A stretch of DNA of 63,902 bases, the filler included, from Octopus bimaculoides (lineage: Eukaryota), in the NCBI RefSeq assembly GCF_001194135.2. It is 4 parts of 4 records of this genome, joined end to end, with 100 filler letters (N's around TTAATTAATTAA, not from the genome) between each part and the next. Parts side by side here need not be neighbours in the genome. Positions count along the whole stretch, not along the records: positions 1 to 22,485 come from NC_068983.1; 3 more parts are not named here. The stretch is one strand, 5' to 3'. The notes beneath the pieces are model-generated. The model searched no databases and was not told where the DNA came from. It saw nothing but the letters and a program-made list of their open reading frames with translations. Below, in pieces: positions 1-12,467 of the stretch. The first letter of the stretch is position 1. Every line of letters starts with the position of its first letter. Position numbers and translations under genes: made by a program.

Positions 1-97
1 GAATTTGAACCTAGAATGTAAAGTGTCGGAACAAATACCGCAAATGGCTTTTTCCACTTTCTAAAGATTCTTCCAACTCGGACCTTTTTTTTCATCG

Positions 98-320
98 TAA
101 TAATAAGCCTTTCTCTTATAGGCACAAGACCTGAAATATTAGGGGAGGGAGCTAGTCGATTACATCAACACCAGTGCTCAACTGGTACTTATTTTATCGA
201 TTCCGAAAGATGAAAGGCAAAATCAACCTTAGCGGAGTTTCAACTCAGAACGTAAAGACAGACGAAATGCTGCTAAGCATTTTGTCCGGCGTGCTAACGA
301 TTCTGTCAGATCGCCACCTT
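98..320 (-). mobile_element. tRNA-derived SINE, family A (GGCGGCGAGCTGGCAGAA head; core GCCTTTCATCCTTTCGGGGTCGATAAA)
   Basis: Reverse complement matches the + copies at 8526 and 57063 from head to the AAAGG(ATT)n tail. Confidence 0.85.
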
Positions 321-1339
321 CATAATCTATATTATAACAATTGAAGAAGTGCGGGACTGTGTCCAGTTTATTTTTTTCTCTCCACGTTATTAAAAAAGTC
401 TTATTACTTTGAAGAAACTATAAATGAATATTAAAAAAATTTTAAACTATAGTGTTTATTTGTATATTAAACATAAATAATAATGCTTAATATCACAAGA
501 TTCGCTTCTGTTTTAAATGTCAACTTCCGTTTGAATTCCATATGTAAAGAAATACCGTTTCTTTGCGTTCGTAAAAAATGTAATAAAGCGAAACAAAAAA
601 CAACAAAACAAGTGAGTAAATTATTTAAAAAAAATATTACGTCGTGTAAAGACAATAATCACTGTCTAACAGAATTAAGTTTCCAAATTGTGTTAGACTG
701 CGATCATGCTGGGGTACCATCTTGAAATTATTTAATCAATAATATCATCTCCCAACACAATTCTTCTCACATGATCAGATATATTTTGCATTATCAAGAG
801 CGTCAAGATAAGAAAATATTAAAATATTAACCGAAATATATAAAAAGGGCCCATTTGTGGACAGTTGTGTTGCAAAAAAATTCTACAGTGATGTGAGACA
901 TTCATTACTCTCTTTTAATTGAAATGTATTTAAGTGTCTTTTTAATTGCTAGGAAAGGGGCACTAGAAATACTTCAGACGTCTAAAAGTGAATATAATGA
1001 AACAACAATATAGCAAAACTCAACTCTTCATATTGGAAAATGTAATTCATTAATTCCTACCAGAGCATCTATTTTAAAATTCACTCAAGTGAAGATTCAT
1101 GAACATTTTCCCCTGACAGTCTTATCTCTTTTCCAATTTTCATTATCGTCTCTTTTAAGTGTATCATGGATTATTTTACTGATTACAGAACAAACTATAA
1201 CAGAGTCTTTGTTCAATTCATGAGCATATTTTCAATTTACTCTATAATTTATGTATCATATCTATATGTATATATATCAATATGCGTAACACATATGCCA
1301 GCAGAAAACCGCCCTCCGGGCGGTTTTTCTGCTAATAAT

Positions 1340-1830
1340 GATAATGCAGTATCAAAGTGACTCTCATGTCTTCTGATCTTAACTGACTGGAAGTGTTAAT
1401 ATGTACATTGTTTTGTCTTGGTATAAAATATGGGCTACAACAAATATTCTGCTCAATGCCACAGAGTTACTTATCAGTTGCTTGACCTTAACCAGTTGAG
1501 CATGTCCCTTGGTGGTTGATGATATATGCACCTCTGATCACAAGCATCATAGCCATGTGTTGAAAGTAATTCTTTGGTGCTTGGGTAATTCACCTTTGGA
1601 AACATGGGCGTTTCGTTCAACATCCTTAACCCTTATTCAGGGACGTTTTGAGCGGGATGGGCTACTCGACCCGAAGAAAATTCTAACTGGGCTCCACCTA
1701 CGACATGAGATCACAATATCGGGCACATATGGTTGTAATGCAAGTGCCTAGTGTACCTTATCAAACGGGTAGTTATGATGGGTATACTGGAGTTCGTATA
1801 TTTTACCCCAGTAAATTGATGGCATGCACT
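1340..1830. repeat. Two adjacent interspersed-repeat fragments (unclassified SINE-like)
   Basis: GC-richer block between AT-rich flanks, no coding signal; recognised by eye as octopus-type repeat sequence, not verified. Confidence 0.4.
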
Positions 1831-1838
1831 GCTCTCTC

Positions 1839-2053
1839 ATCCTTTCTACTATAGGCACATATCCTGAAATTTGGGGGATGGAGATAGTCGATTACATCGA
1901 CTCCAGTACTCAACTGGTACTTATTTCATCGACCCCGAAAGGGATTAAAGGCGAAGTCGATCTCGGAGGAATTTGAACTTAGAACGAAGCGACGGGCGAA
2001 ATACATCTAAGCATTTCGTCCAGCGTGCTAACGATTCTGTCAAATCGCCATCT
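1839..2053 (-). mobile_element. SINE family A
   Basis: Full-length similarity to 98-320 and 56593-56810. Confidence 0.85.
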
Positions 2054-2059
2054 TTATAA

Positions 2060-2497
2060 TACAGTAACCACTCGCCATATCGTGACCCACTTATCGCGTC
2101 CTCAGTACATCGCGGGTTTTTCTCGATGATATATATAAATTTATATCGTGGTCTACTCAGTATATCGCAGGTTTCTGCGGCCGATAGGTATTTATAATTG
2201 TTTTAGATTTTAATTATTTATATGATATAATAAGCCTTTTCACGCCTAAACATTAATAAATAGATAAATAGAAAGACAGTACAGTACTGCACTGTATAAT
2301 ACATTAATTAAAATACATTAAAAGAAAATACGTAGTGTACCGTAGATGAGTAAACGCAGAATCGCACATGATATATGAAAAACGAAACTCGGGAGGCGAG
2401 TGTGTGGTGTTGTTTTGCATTTTTAATAAAATAAATATAAACAAATTATAAAAATAATTTTAAAGAATATACAGTACAGTACTGTTTCTACTTCGCG
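2060..2497. mobile_element. pogo/Tigger-like MITE, right end truncated
   Basis: Begins TA|CAGTAACCACTCGCCATATCG with repeated ATCGCGG motifs and internal TACAGTACAGTACTG; ends abruptly where the Penelope fragment starts. Confidence 0.6.
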
Positions 2498-2793
2498 GTA
2501 GGAGTGTGAGCCAGTGTGTTTGTAGTGAATGATAGTGGTGAGAGCGGAGTGGTGTATGTTGATAGAATGTCGAGAAATTTGACCGAAGAAGTAGAGACAG
2601 TGCAGAAGAATTCCATGGCAGGATGGAAGGATCGCACAAAGGAGAGGAAGGTGTCAAGATATTAGCGGGAGAGTGAGGTCGCGCCGATATAGTCATCGAT
2701 ATCACGACTGTATAGCTCGGGAGTGGGACCAGTGAATTGTGAGAATATTTGGGCCTCAACATAGCCAACTAACAGGTTCGGATGTTTGAGGGC
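2498..2793 (-). mobile_element. Penelope-like element RT fragment (copy 1, decayed)
   Basis: Minus strand reads NLLVGYVEAQIFSQFTGPTPELYSRDIDDYIGATSLSR*; alignable to 4050-4278. Confidence 0.8.
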
Positions 2794-3320
2794 TTATTCT
2801 CTTTCCAATGTATACATTTATATATATATGTATATATATATATATATATNNNNNNNNNNNNNNNNNNNNNNNNNNNNNNNNNNNNNNNNNNNNNNNNNNN
2901 NNNNNNNNNNNNNNNNNNNNNNNNNNNNNNNNNNNNNNNNNNNNNNNNNNNNNNNNNNNNNNNNNNNNNNNNNNNNNNNNNNNNNNNNNNNNNNNNNNNN
3001 NNNNNNNNNNNNNNNNNNNNNNNNNNNNNNNNNNNNNNNNNNNNNNNNNNNNNNNNNNNNNNNNNNNNNNNNNNNNNNNNNNNNNNNNNNNNNNNNNNNN
3101 NNNNNNNNNNNNNNNNNNNNNNNNNNNNNNNNNNNNNNNNNNNNNNNNNNNNNNNNNNNNNNNNNNNNNNNNNNNNNNNNNNNNNNNNNNNNNNNNNNNN
3201 NNNNNNNNNNNNNNNNNNNNNNNNNNNNNNNNNNNNNNNNNNNNNNNNNNNNNNNNNNNNNNNNNNNNNNNNNNNNNNNNNNNNNNNNNNNNNNNNNNNN
3301 NNNNNNNNNNNNNNNNNNNN

Positions 3321-4278
3321 NAAGGATAATCCAAACACGGACAAGTACAGCGGAAATGGCGCGTGACCGGGGTGTCATTGCTGAGTCGGATGTCTCGGAG
3401 GTGTTCCGCGAACCGGTCAGCCAAGCGGCGTCCCGTTTGCCCGAAGTATAGAGAAGGGCAGAGAGAGCAGGAGATGCAGCAAATGACATTGGTAGGAGTG
3501 CAGGTGAAGGAGTCGGTGATGTGATAGGGTCGATGATGGGTGCCGGTGAGGAGGGTAGTGTTGGAGAGGTAAGGGCAAGTGCGACAGCGTGGGTGCGAGC
3601 AGGGGAACGATCCGGGTTGGGAGGTTGGGTTAAGGAAGAAGCTATGGACCAAGAGGTCTAGTAGGTTATGGCCTCGTTTGAAGGAGGGGAGGAGTCGGTT
3701 AGGGAAGATGTGCGAAGTGGAGGGGTCAGACTGGAGACACCGGAAGGCTCGGAGAATGGTGCGTTGGAGAGGTAGGGTGGTGGGGTGGTAGGTGAAGGTA
3801 AACGGGAGTCGGGAGACGGCTGGGTGGGTTCGGGGGAAGAGAGCAGATGCACGGTCCACGGAACGTTCTCTGACAAGGGCGGTGTGGGTAGTGGTGAGGA
3901 GATATCCACGTAGGATGAAGTGGCGATCCATGAGTTGAGACTTAGTCTCAAAGTCATGGTCGTCACTACAGAGCCTGAGTAGACGGAAGAATTGGGAATA
4001 GGAGATGGATAGCTTGATGTGGTTAGGGTGTGAGGAGGAGAAGTTGAGTTATGAGTGTGAGTCTGTGTGTTTGTAGTGGATGGAGGTGGTGAGAGCGGAG
4101 TGATGAATGCTGACCGAAATGTCAAGAAAGGAGACAGAGATGTCAGAGATAATGCAGGAGAAGTAGAGGACAGGATGGAAAGATTTGAAAAAAGAGAGGA
4201 AGGAGTCTAGATGTTCGCGGGAGAGTGAGGTCGCACCGATACAGTCGTCAATATAACGGCTGTTTAGTTCGGGAGTGG
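3321..4278 (-). mobile_element. Penelope-like retroelement: RT C-terminus plus GIY-YIG endonuclease, disrupted
   Basis: RYIDDCIG RT motif near 4260; ORF 3931 downwards gives RGY...CSHPRCRTC...NVICCISCSLCPSLYFGQTGRRLADRFAEH (GIY-YIG-type); runs into a gap. Confidence 0.9.
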
Positions 4279-4286
4279 TTTTTTCT

Positions 4287-4670
4287 TTTACTTGTTTCAG
4301 TCATTTGACTGCGGACATGCTGGAGCACTGCCTTTAGTCGAACAAATCGACCGCAGGACTTATTCTTTGTAAACCTAGTACTTGTTCTTTCGGTCTCTTT
4401 GCCGAAACGCTAACTTACGAGGACGTAAACACACTAATATCGGTTGTCAAGCGATGGTAGGCGGCAACCACAGGCACGCACACAAATATATAGATATATA
4501 TACGACGGGCTTCTTTCAGTTTCCGCCGACCAAATCCACTCACAAGGCTTTGGTCAGCTCCAGGCTATAGTAGATGACCCAAGGTGTCACGCAGTGTGAC
4601 TGAAACCGGAACCATCGGAACCATATGGTTGGGAAACAAGCTTTTTGCCACGCAGACACTCCTGCGCCTA
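4287..4670 (-). mobile_element. Composite tRNA-derived SINE, family B
   Basis: Head GGCGCAGGAGTGTCTGCGTGG.., GGAAACTGAAAGAAGCCCGTCG, internal (TA), tail CCAGCATG..GCAGTCAAATGACTGAAACAAG; many copies in window. Confidence 0.85.
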
Positions 4671-4844
4671 TATATATGAATATGTATTGGTAAAAGGTAA
4701 GAGATTACACCAAAACGATTACCAGATTTACTCACAAATATTTTATATATATATATATACGTACATACATATGCGTGCATACATGTGTATGTATATATTT
4801 ATAGTTATATATACGTATAAATAAACATACATTCGTCATATATA

Positions 4845-5061
<217 letters not shown>

Positions 5062-6841
5062 ATAAGTAAGTGAAGACGCGAGTAGTTACAGAAAAATCTA
5101 GATGTTCTACAGGAGTTCTTTAAATTAATCACACACATGATAAGAACTATTATTTATATTAAAATTAATATTTGTGAGTAAAATGTCCACGGGCTTTCTT
5201 GAATGAAAATTGGAGAATTTATCGCATGTTCTTGTGACCTTAAGTCATAAAAATTACGATATAAAAAAAGAGTTACAAAAGAAATAGTACATGCATTATT
5301 ATAAATGTTTTATGTTTCCCGCATCATAAAAGAGCTATTATGAATTAATAACTCCACACGTCTTGGATCTTGTCTACATCTGTCTTTCACATTTTTAATG
5401 TGTTTATGTGAATCTATCAATCATTTCTTTTTTTAAATGAGTTCTTGTTTTGCTCTAACATATTGGCTCAATTTCTTTTACCATGCAGTGTTAGAATTAA
5501 TGTTTTATTGATCTTAATAACTTTTTTACTCTCCCGATTGTGCAATCTCTGTAACGCTACGCTAATATCCTTATCATCTGAAATAATAATCACAATATGG
5601 GCTGCGAACCACGAAGTTGTTGACCGTTTGACGTTTCGTATGACTTATCACAACAATGTAAAAATCGTTGTATTATCTAAAGTTGCTGCAATATAAAAAT
5701 AACAACTAAATATTAAATTATAGTATCATGATACTTGTATCATTTTCATCTAAAACAAAAGCGACAAACCTTTCTATGTTAACTTTCTTGTGTCAAAGTA
5801 GCATTATAAATATTTTGTACTGCGAAAAGACGGTTATTCTGTAAAAAAATATTTGTTCATATAAATTCTAATAACGTGTAAACAGTTTAACAAACTACAA
5901 TTTTTTCTCGTGGCTAAGAATGATTAAATATAAAAATACCCACAGCAATGTCTAAAGGACATATGTAGTGATAAATCAATGCTTGTGCTTAGCTACAGTT
6001 CACATTTACATTTTTTCGAATGTAATTACAAGTGTAGATTAAGAAATGTGATTGGTTCTAAAATTCAGAATTAGCTGAAAATATAGGCTTTAAATCTAAT
6101 TTAAGCAACGAGAATATATTCCAGCATAATGATTTTATCCCTTTCAGAAAACCGCATTTAGACCCTTAGAAGGCTGCAAGTTTACGCCTCTGATCTCATT
6201 AACATTAATGAGTAGCTTAAAATAAAATCATGGTCTTGTGGCACTTGTATCAAGGTAATGTGGTTATGTAAAATTTAATCTAAAACCACAAGCTGTCACG
6301 AATTACAGTTAAATTGCAGCATTTGAGAAATTTGGAGGTGCTGGACTGTTAACCAGCAAGTGCTTGATTTCTTTGGTATTTTGTCTGAATATAGAGTCAC
6401 ATGACAACCGTGGAGTATATATAGCTGTCCAAATGTTTTAGTCTCATAGTCATTTGCGGTAATGCTGCGAGTGTCTTCAGTTGCCTCCACTGATAAAGAA
6501 AAACTTTTCTTATCCTTGCATTTAGCTTTTAACTAGAAATCACGACAATGCAAATCTAACAACTTGATCTAAAATTACGTTATCACGACATTAGTATTAA
6601 AGCAATACAATGCAATGTAAAAATAGTAACTTAATCTAAAATAACAAACTTTCAGTGAAGTGAAAATTAGCTTAAATATAAAATCACAATGTTTTGAAAC
6701 TAAATTTAAATATAAAATCTCGATACCGCAGCAGAAGAAACGTCAATATTTTTGAACTAATATTTCAAAGCTTCTTACCATATAGTATTGTTCCAAGATA
6801 AATAAGTGGATTTAAAATCGAACAAAAGTCGTCTCACCACA

Positions 6842-7268
6842 ATGAAGACGTGTACAGAAGGTATATAAATTGCTTGTAACCAGTTGGTTGTAGGTGAAGC
6901 GTGACTCGAGAGTTTCAAGTCATATCAGTTCATGTAGAGTGATTCGTACTAAACAATCACTTTTAACAGTGACATATTAAACCAGCGAGACATAACATTA
7001 TGCTGAGTAATTTACCATACTTGTACGTTTAACTGGACTGAAGTACCCAACAACTCTTTGGTTCTTTCCTCGCCCTCTGTTAGAAGGCCTGATCAAAAAT
7101 GGAGAAACTGAACCAAATGCTATTTCCAGCGGACACCAAACGATTTGCAAGGATTTTCACGAAGCATTTAACACTTGCATTACTGTTGTTACAGATGCGA
7201 ATGATTTCTTTTCATGTTTCGATTATGTTGCTGCTTTGTATTTTCGCAAACGCAGACTAATAGTCTGA
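6842..7268 (+). CDS. Candidate two-exon 67-aa small protein (6842-6860 + 7084-7268), twin-CX9C-like
   Basis: ATG AAG ACG TGT ACA GAA G|gtatat ... ctttcctcgccctctgttag|AA GGC; phases compatible; product MKTCTEEGLIKNGETEPNAISSGHQTICKDFHEAFNTCITVVTDANDFFSCFDYVAALYFRKRRLIV. No expression evidence. Confidence 0.3.
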
Positions 7269-7429
7269 AAATAATTTCTCTTTTGTCAAATATGGTTCTC
7301 TAAAGATCAAACCAGGTTTAAATGCATTGGCAAATTTAACGTCTGGCTCGAGAATTTATATAAATAATAGAATATTTACATCATACGTGTACATATCTAT
7401 TTGAAACACAATCTTATATTTATTCCTAT

Positions 7430-7439
7430 ATTATTATTA

Positions 7440-7536
<97 letters not shown>

Positions 7537-7553
7537 TATTATCATCATCATCA

Positions 7554-7645
<92 letters not shown>

Positions 7646-7646
7646 G
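7430..7646. repeat. (ATT)n/(ATC)n microsatellite
   Basis: Direct reading. Confidence 0.95.
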
Positions 7647-8180
7647 TTACGGTGGGGGATTTGGGACACTGGACAAAATGTCAACGAGGTATTTGTTCTG
7701 GCTCTTTACAAACCGAGTTCAAATCCTTCCGGGATCAACCTTGCCTTTTATCCTTCCGGATCGATATAATATGAAACAATTTAAAACTGCGAATTGACAG
7801 AATTATTATTGTGTCCGACAAGTCGATATTTCTGCTGGGTCTTCTAATTCAGTGTTCAAATCCAATCGAAGTTAACTTTACCTTTCTTTCTTTTAGGATC
7901 AAAAAACAAAGTACCAGTCAACAACTGGATCGATGTAATTAATTAATTAAATCCCTTCCCTCCAAATTGCCGGCCTTGTACCTAAAATATTAGTACGCTT
8001 TATAAAATGTTTAACATTTCTTCTGTCTTTACGTCTTGAGTTCAAATTTCACCGAAGTCAGCGTTGTCTTTCATCCTTTTGGGGTCGATAAAATAAGTGT
8101 TAGTTGTGCTCTGGGATCGATGTAATCGACTTACTCTACCACTAAGTCTGCTGGTTTTGTACCAAAAATTTGACACCGTT
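7647..8180 (+). mobile_element. Cluster of three decayed SINE family A copies
   Basis: Three successive GTTCAAAT..CCTTT..GATC..AAGTAC..GATCGAT cores. Confidence 0.65.
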
Positions 8181-8269
8181 ATCATTATCATTAATGTTAT
8201 AGACGTCGCACAGTATACAATATCGTGAGTTTGTTGATTGAAGATATTGTGTCTACCGGGGGTTTGTAA

Positions 8270-8270
8270 C

Positions 8271-8330
<60 letters not shown>

Positions 8331-8351
8331 CATCGTTATTATCATCATCAC

Positions 8352-8393
<42 letters not shown>

Positions 8394-8452
8394 CATTATT
8401 ATTATTATTATTGTTGTTGCTGTTGTTGTTGTTGTTATCATCATCATCATCA

Positions 8453-8525
<73 letters not shown>
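8270..8525. repeat. (ATT)n compound microsatellite
   Basis: Direct reading. Confidence 0.95.
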
Positions 8526-8712
8526 AAGGCAGCGTGCTGGCAGAATCGTTAGCACGCCGGGCGAAATTCTTAGCGGCATTTCGTTCGTCTACACGTTCTG
8601 AGCTCAAATACTACCGAGGCCGATAAATTAAGTGCCAATTTGAGTACTTGGGTCGATATAATAGACTAGCCCCCTCCCACTAATTTCAGGCCTTGCGTCT
8701 ATAGTAGAAAGG
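8526..8712 (+). mobile_element. SINE family A (internal deletion)
   Basis: AAGGCAGCGTGCTGGCAGAATCGTTAGCACGCCGGGCGAAA head; GGCCTTGCGTCTATAGTAGAAAGG tail. Confidence 0.85.
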
Positions 8713-9713
8713 TTTGTTGCTTTTGTTGTCGTTGTTGTTGTTTACTACAGTACCTTCGCTGGGAAATGTAGCAAAGTGTCAGCTGTCTATAACCAGTGAA
8801 CTGAAACAACACGCTTCATTCAAATTTGTAGAACATCTCAGAGGATTCGTGCAATTCCAAGCAACACTGCAGATGTTCTCTATCTTCACATTTACTCCTA
8901 TCTTTTCAATACAGTTAGTGAGTTTAGTTCTTATAAACTCCAATGCTCCAAGAACAACAAGTAAAACACTCAAATTCTTCAATCACAACACTTTTTTTTA
9001 ATATATTTCTAACTATAAACCATCATATCTGATCTACTTTTCTTCTCTTTCCGATGTTCACATCACTAAGGAAAGCAATATCTATAATTAGATATGTACC
9101 AGTGATATTTTAGGAGCTATTTAATCGAGAATTATCGCTTCTACAAAAGCTGGTTAAATGAGAAAATATTGTGTAAGTTTCGAGCATCCGAGTATAAATT
9201 TGATTTGTATTTGTGTTTGGAGCCATTTCTCTTCATGTAGGCCACTTATGCCTTTAGAAAAAGCATGGCCCTCGGAGCAGTTCCATTTTACCTCCCTAGA
9301 AAGTCTTATTCGTTGTATTCATAAAACAGATACCAAATTATAAGCATCAAAGCGGACAGTATCTGTGAAGCTCCGACAATCGAACACGCGATCCTAATTT
9401 GATTCCTCGTTGAAATTCTTGGACAAGAAGTGAGCGTCACAGCGCTCAAATTTTGTTATGGTGCATTAACAAAAATGAAAAGATGGCGAACATTGTAAAT
9501 TAGATTTAAAGTAAGTGTTTTCTTAAAATGCATTTAAGATGAGAGAACTTCAAAACTTAATGTGATAAACAAAATATAAAAAAAACAAACTAAGTATAAA
9601 ATTGAAAAAATGAATAAAATGTAAAATACATTTTCTGGATAAGAAAATTATTCTCTGCAATATAATTTTATCTCATTCATGTATACTGCGTACAACATTT
9701 AATTATTTCACAG

Positions 9714-9765
9714 AGAATTGTAGTGGTGGTTTTGTTTGTGATGGTGATGTGTCTGATTTTCAGAT
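9714..9765 (+). CDS. Candidate 52-bp exon encoding a signal-anchor-like hydrophobic segment
   Basis: aattatttcacag|AGA..AGA T|gtacgt; RIVVVVLFVMVMCLIFR. Possible upstream exon ends at 9494 or 9510. Confidence 0.3.
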
Positions 9766-10669
9766 GTACGTTACAAAAATAATGTAAACTTACGAACAGA
9801 GCGATTGTTAATGACCATTTTCCTGCTATATTCTCCAACACACGGAATATGCATATACTGTGTTAGTCAATGCGTAATAGGCACATTTCACACAGCAATT
9901 AATGAACGATGAAGATGCATAATTGTAAACTTTTATATGTGAGTAAATTGCGCAATCAAGCATGTGCTTGGACAAACAGCTTGTTAAATGTAAACTTCAT
10001 TGCGGTAATTATATTGTATTTATTTCAGATATTTAGCCATTATTTCTTCACAAGAAAATAGAAACTACATTTATTAAATAGGTCCCCATTCATGTTTAAA
10101 CTGACCCATCTGGAGCAATTGCAATAGAATAAAGTGGTGGAGTGGAAATGTTCTTTAATAAGTAATTTTAGTACTAGGCAAACATATCATTATTTCTTAT
10201 CACTAAGCTTAGGAAATCACTTACCAAAGATGTAGAATCGAAGTAACCAATCGCCAGAAGAAATAGACGATTCATTCGAATCGATCGATACCGATGTTTT
10301 AGAACTATTAGGTTTTCATTGATATTTTTACATTTTAGATTGTTTTCTAGGTTGTACTTCTTGGTTGGTGCTTCTCATAAAGACATTGTATTTAACAGGG
10401 AAAGAATTTGGTTGATGTTGGTGTTTAGCCCAGATCAGCCTTGAACGAGTAGAATTGTGATCAAAAGTCTTCCAGCTATGACAGTCTAGCACTTTTACCT
10501 TTTCGTTTTTTTATTATTTTTTTGCCTACCAAAGATTTCATTTGGTTTTACCTATGACGTCTAAAGTTAAGGGATCGTTTAGAAAAGAATTAAGATATGT
10601 TTATTATTAGATATGCGAATATCTAAATTCGAAAACCGAATTTAATAGTGACACATCAGTTCTAATAAT

Positions 10670-10886
10670 TTTTCTACTATAGGCACAAGACCTGCAGTTT
10701 TGGGGGAAGGGAATAGTCAATTGCATCGCCCCTCCTCCCTAATGCTGAACTGGAACGTATTTTATCAATCCCGAAAGAATGAAAAGCAAAATCGATCTCA
10801 GCAGAATCTGAGCTCAGAACGTAAAACCGGAAGAAATGCCGCTAAACATTTTGTCCGGCATGCTAACGATTCTGCCAATCCACGAC
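10670..10886 (-). mobile_element. SINE family A
   Basis: Similarity to other copies from head to tail. Confidence 0.8.
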
Positions 10887-11593
10887 TTTATCATTTCTGA
10901 TAATAATATTTTTAGAAAAAAATTAATATGATTTTGTTATGTACATTTACACATACACTCCTTATAATAATGCTTATCTTTTTTATCTTTCTCCGATTCG
11001 TAATGCTTCGTAAATATATAAAATTCTCTGATTCAAGCTTTACGGCGAAATATTAGATAATAGCAGAAAAGATGCATTTACAATTTTCTAGAAATATAAA
11101 AATTCTAAACATAGAATAAAACAGAACATATGACATGTCAAAAATGTAAAAATATAAGGAAAGACAAAATATCAAATTTGCCAAGAATGAATATTAATTT
11201 ATATTATATTAATTTTTCTACGTATATTGTATATTTCTTGAGTTAGTTTGGCGAGCAAGAAGTAGGTTTGTAGCCATCAGAAACAAATTTATATAATCGT
11301 AATACAACAGGCTGACTTACTAATAGCTGATACGTATGTATGTATGTATGTATGTATGTATGTATGTATGTATGTATGTATGTATGTATGTATGTATGTA
11401 TGTATGGAAAAAGAGAGACATAGCTATGGATAGATAGATACAAATATACACATGTATATATATATATATATATATATACAATATTATATATCATTATATT
11501 ATTATCACCCTGGTGGCAAATAAATGAAACCATTATTATATAATTTTAATTATATATACACATATGTACTGTTCTACACAATATCTATCATTA

Positions 11594-11900
11594 TCTTTTA
11601 CCTTTTACTTCTTTCAGTTATCAGTGTGCAGCTGTACTGGGAAGAATTTTAGCCGAACGAATTGACTCCAGGACTTATATTTATTTAAATCCGGTACTTA
11701 TTCTATCGGTCTCTTTCGCCAACCTGCTAAGTTATTGGAACGTAAACACACCAACACCGGTTGTCAAGTGGTGGTGGGGGCCAAACATAGACACAAAGAC
11801 ACGCGCGCGCACACATACTTTCACACACACGCACACACACACATAAGTACTGGAGGTCGAGTCATTCGACTAAAAATTGTCCAAGCCGGTGCCCAGCATG
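11594..11900 (-). mobile_element. SINE family B, 3' half
   Basis: Matches 4287-4480. Confidence 0.75.
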
Positions 11901-11926
11901 GCCGCAGTCTAATGACTGAAACAAGT

Positions 11927-12113
11927 AGCGGTATTTCGTCTGTCTTTACATTCTGAGTTCAAATTCCGCCAAGGTTGACTTTGCCTTTCATCCTTTCGGG
12001 GTCGATAAATTAAGTACCAGTTACGCAGTGGGGTCGATCTAATCGACTTAATCCCTTTGTCTGTCCTTGTTTGTCCCTTCTATGTTTAGCCCCTTGTGGG
12101 CAATAAAGAATTA
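11927..12113 (+). mobile_element. SINE family A variant, 5'-truncated
   Basis: Clean core GTTGACTTTGCCTTTCATCCTTTCGGGGTCGATAAATTAAGTACCAG. Confidence 0.85.
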
Positions 12114-12184
12114 AGAAGCTTGCTTCTCAACCTCATGGTTCCGGGTACAGTCCCACTGTGTGGCACCTTGGACANNNNNNNNNN

Positions 12185-12239
<55 letters not shown>

Positions 12240-12440
12240 GTGCGTTTGTCCTCCAGCCATCGCTTGACAACCGATGCTGGTGTGTTTAGGTCCCTGTAAC
12301 CTAGCGGTTCGGAAAAAGAGCCTGATAGAATAAGTACTAGGCTTACAAAGATTAAGTCTTGGGGTCAATTTGTTCAACTAAAGGCGGTGTTCCAGCATGG
12401 CCACAGTCAAATGACTGAAACAAGTAAAAGAATAAAAGAA
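12114..12440 (+). mobile_element. SINE family B (gap and (TA)n inside)
   Basis: Head fragment, then (TA)n, then complete 3' module. Confidence 0.8.
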
Positions 12441-12467
12441 TATAGATAGATAGATAGATAGATAGAC

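Noticed and set aside
8714-9001. Signal-peptide-like + ORF and 6-Cys toxin-like - ORF (8779-8982)
   Set aside because: The + hydrophobic start derives from a (GTT)n SINE tail; the - ORF starts at TTG immediately after a TGA, with no ATG or acceptor.
10029-10081. Possible third exon after the TM exon (tatttcag|AT)
   Set aside because: Phase-1 joining gives T+AT ATT TAG, an immediate stop.
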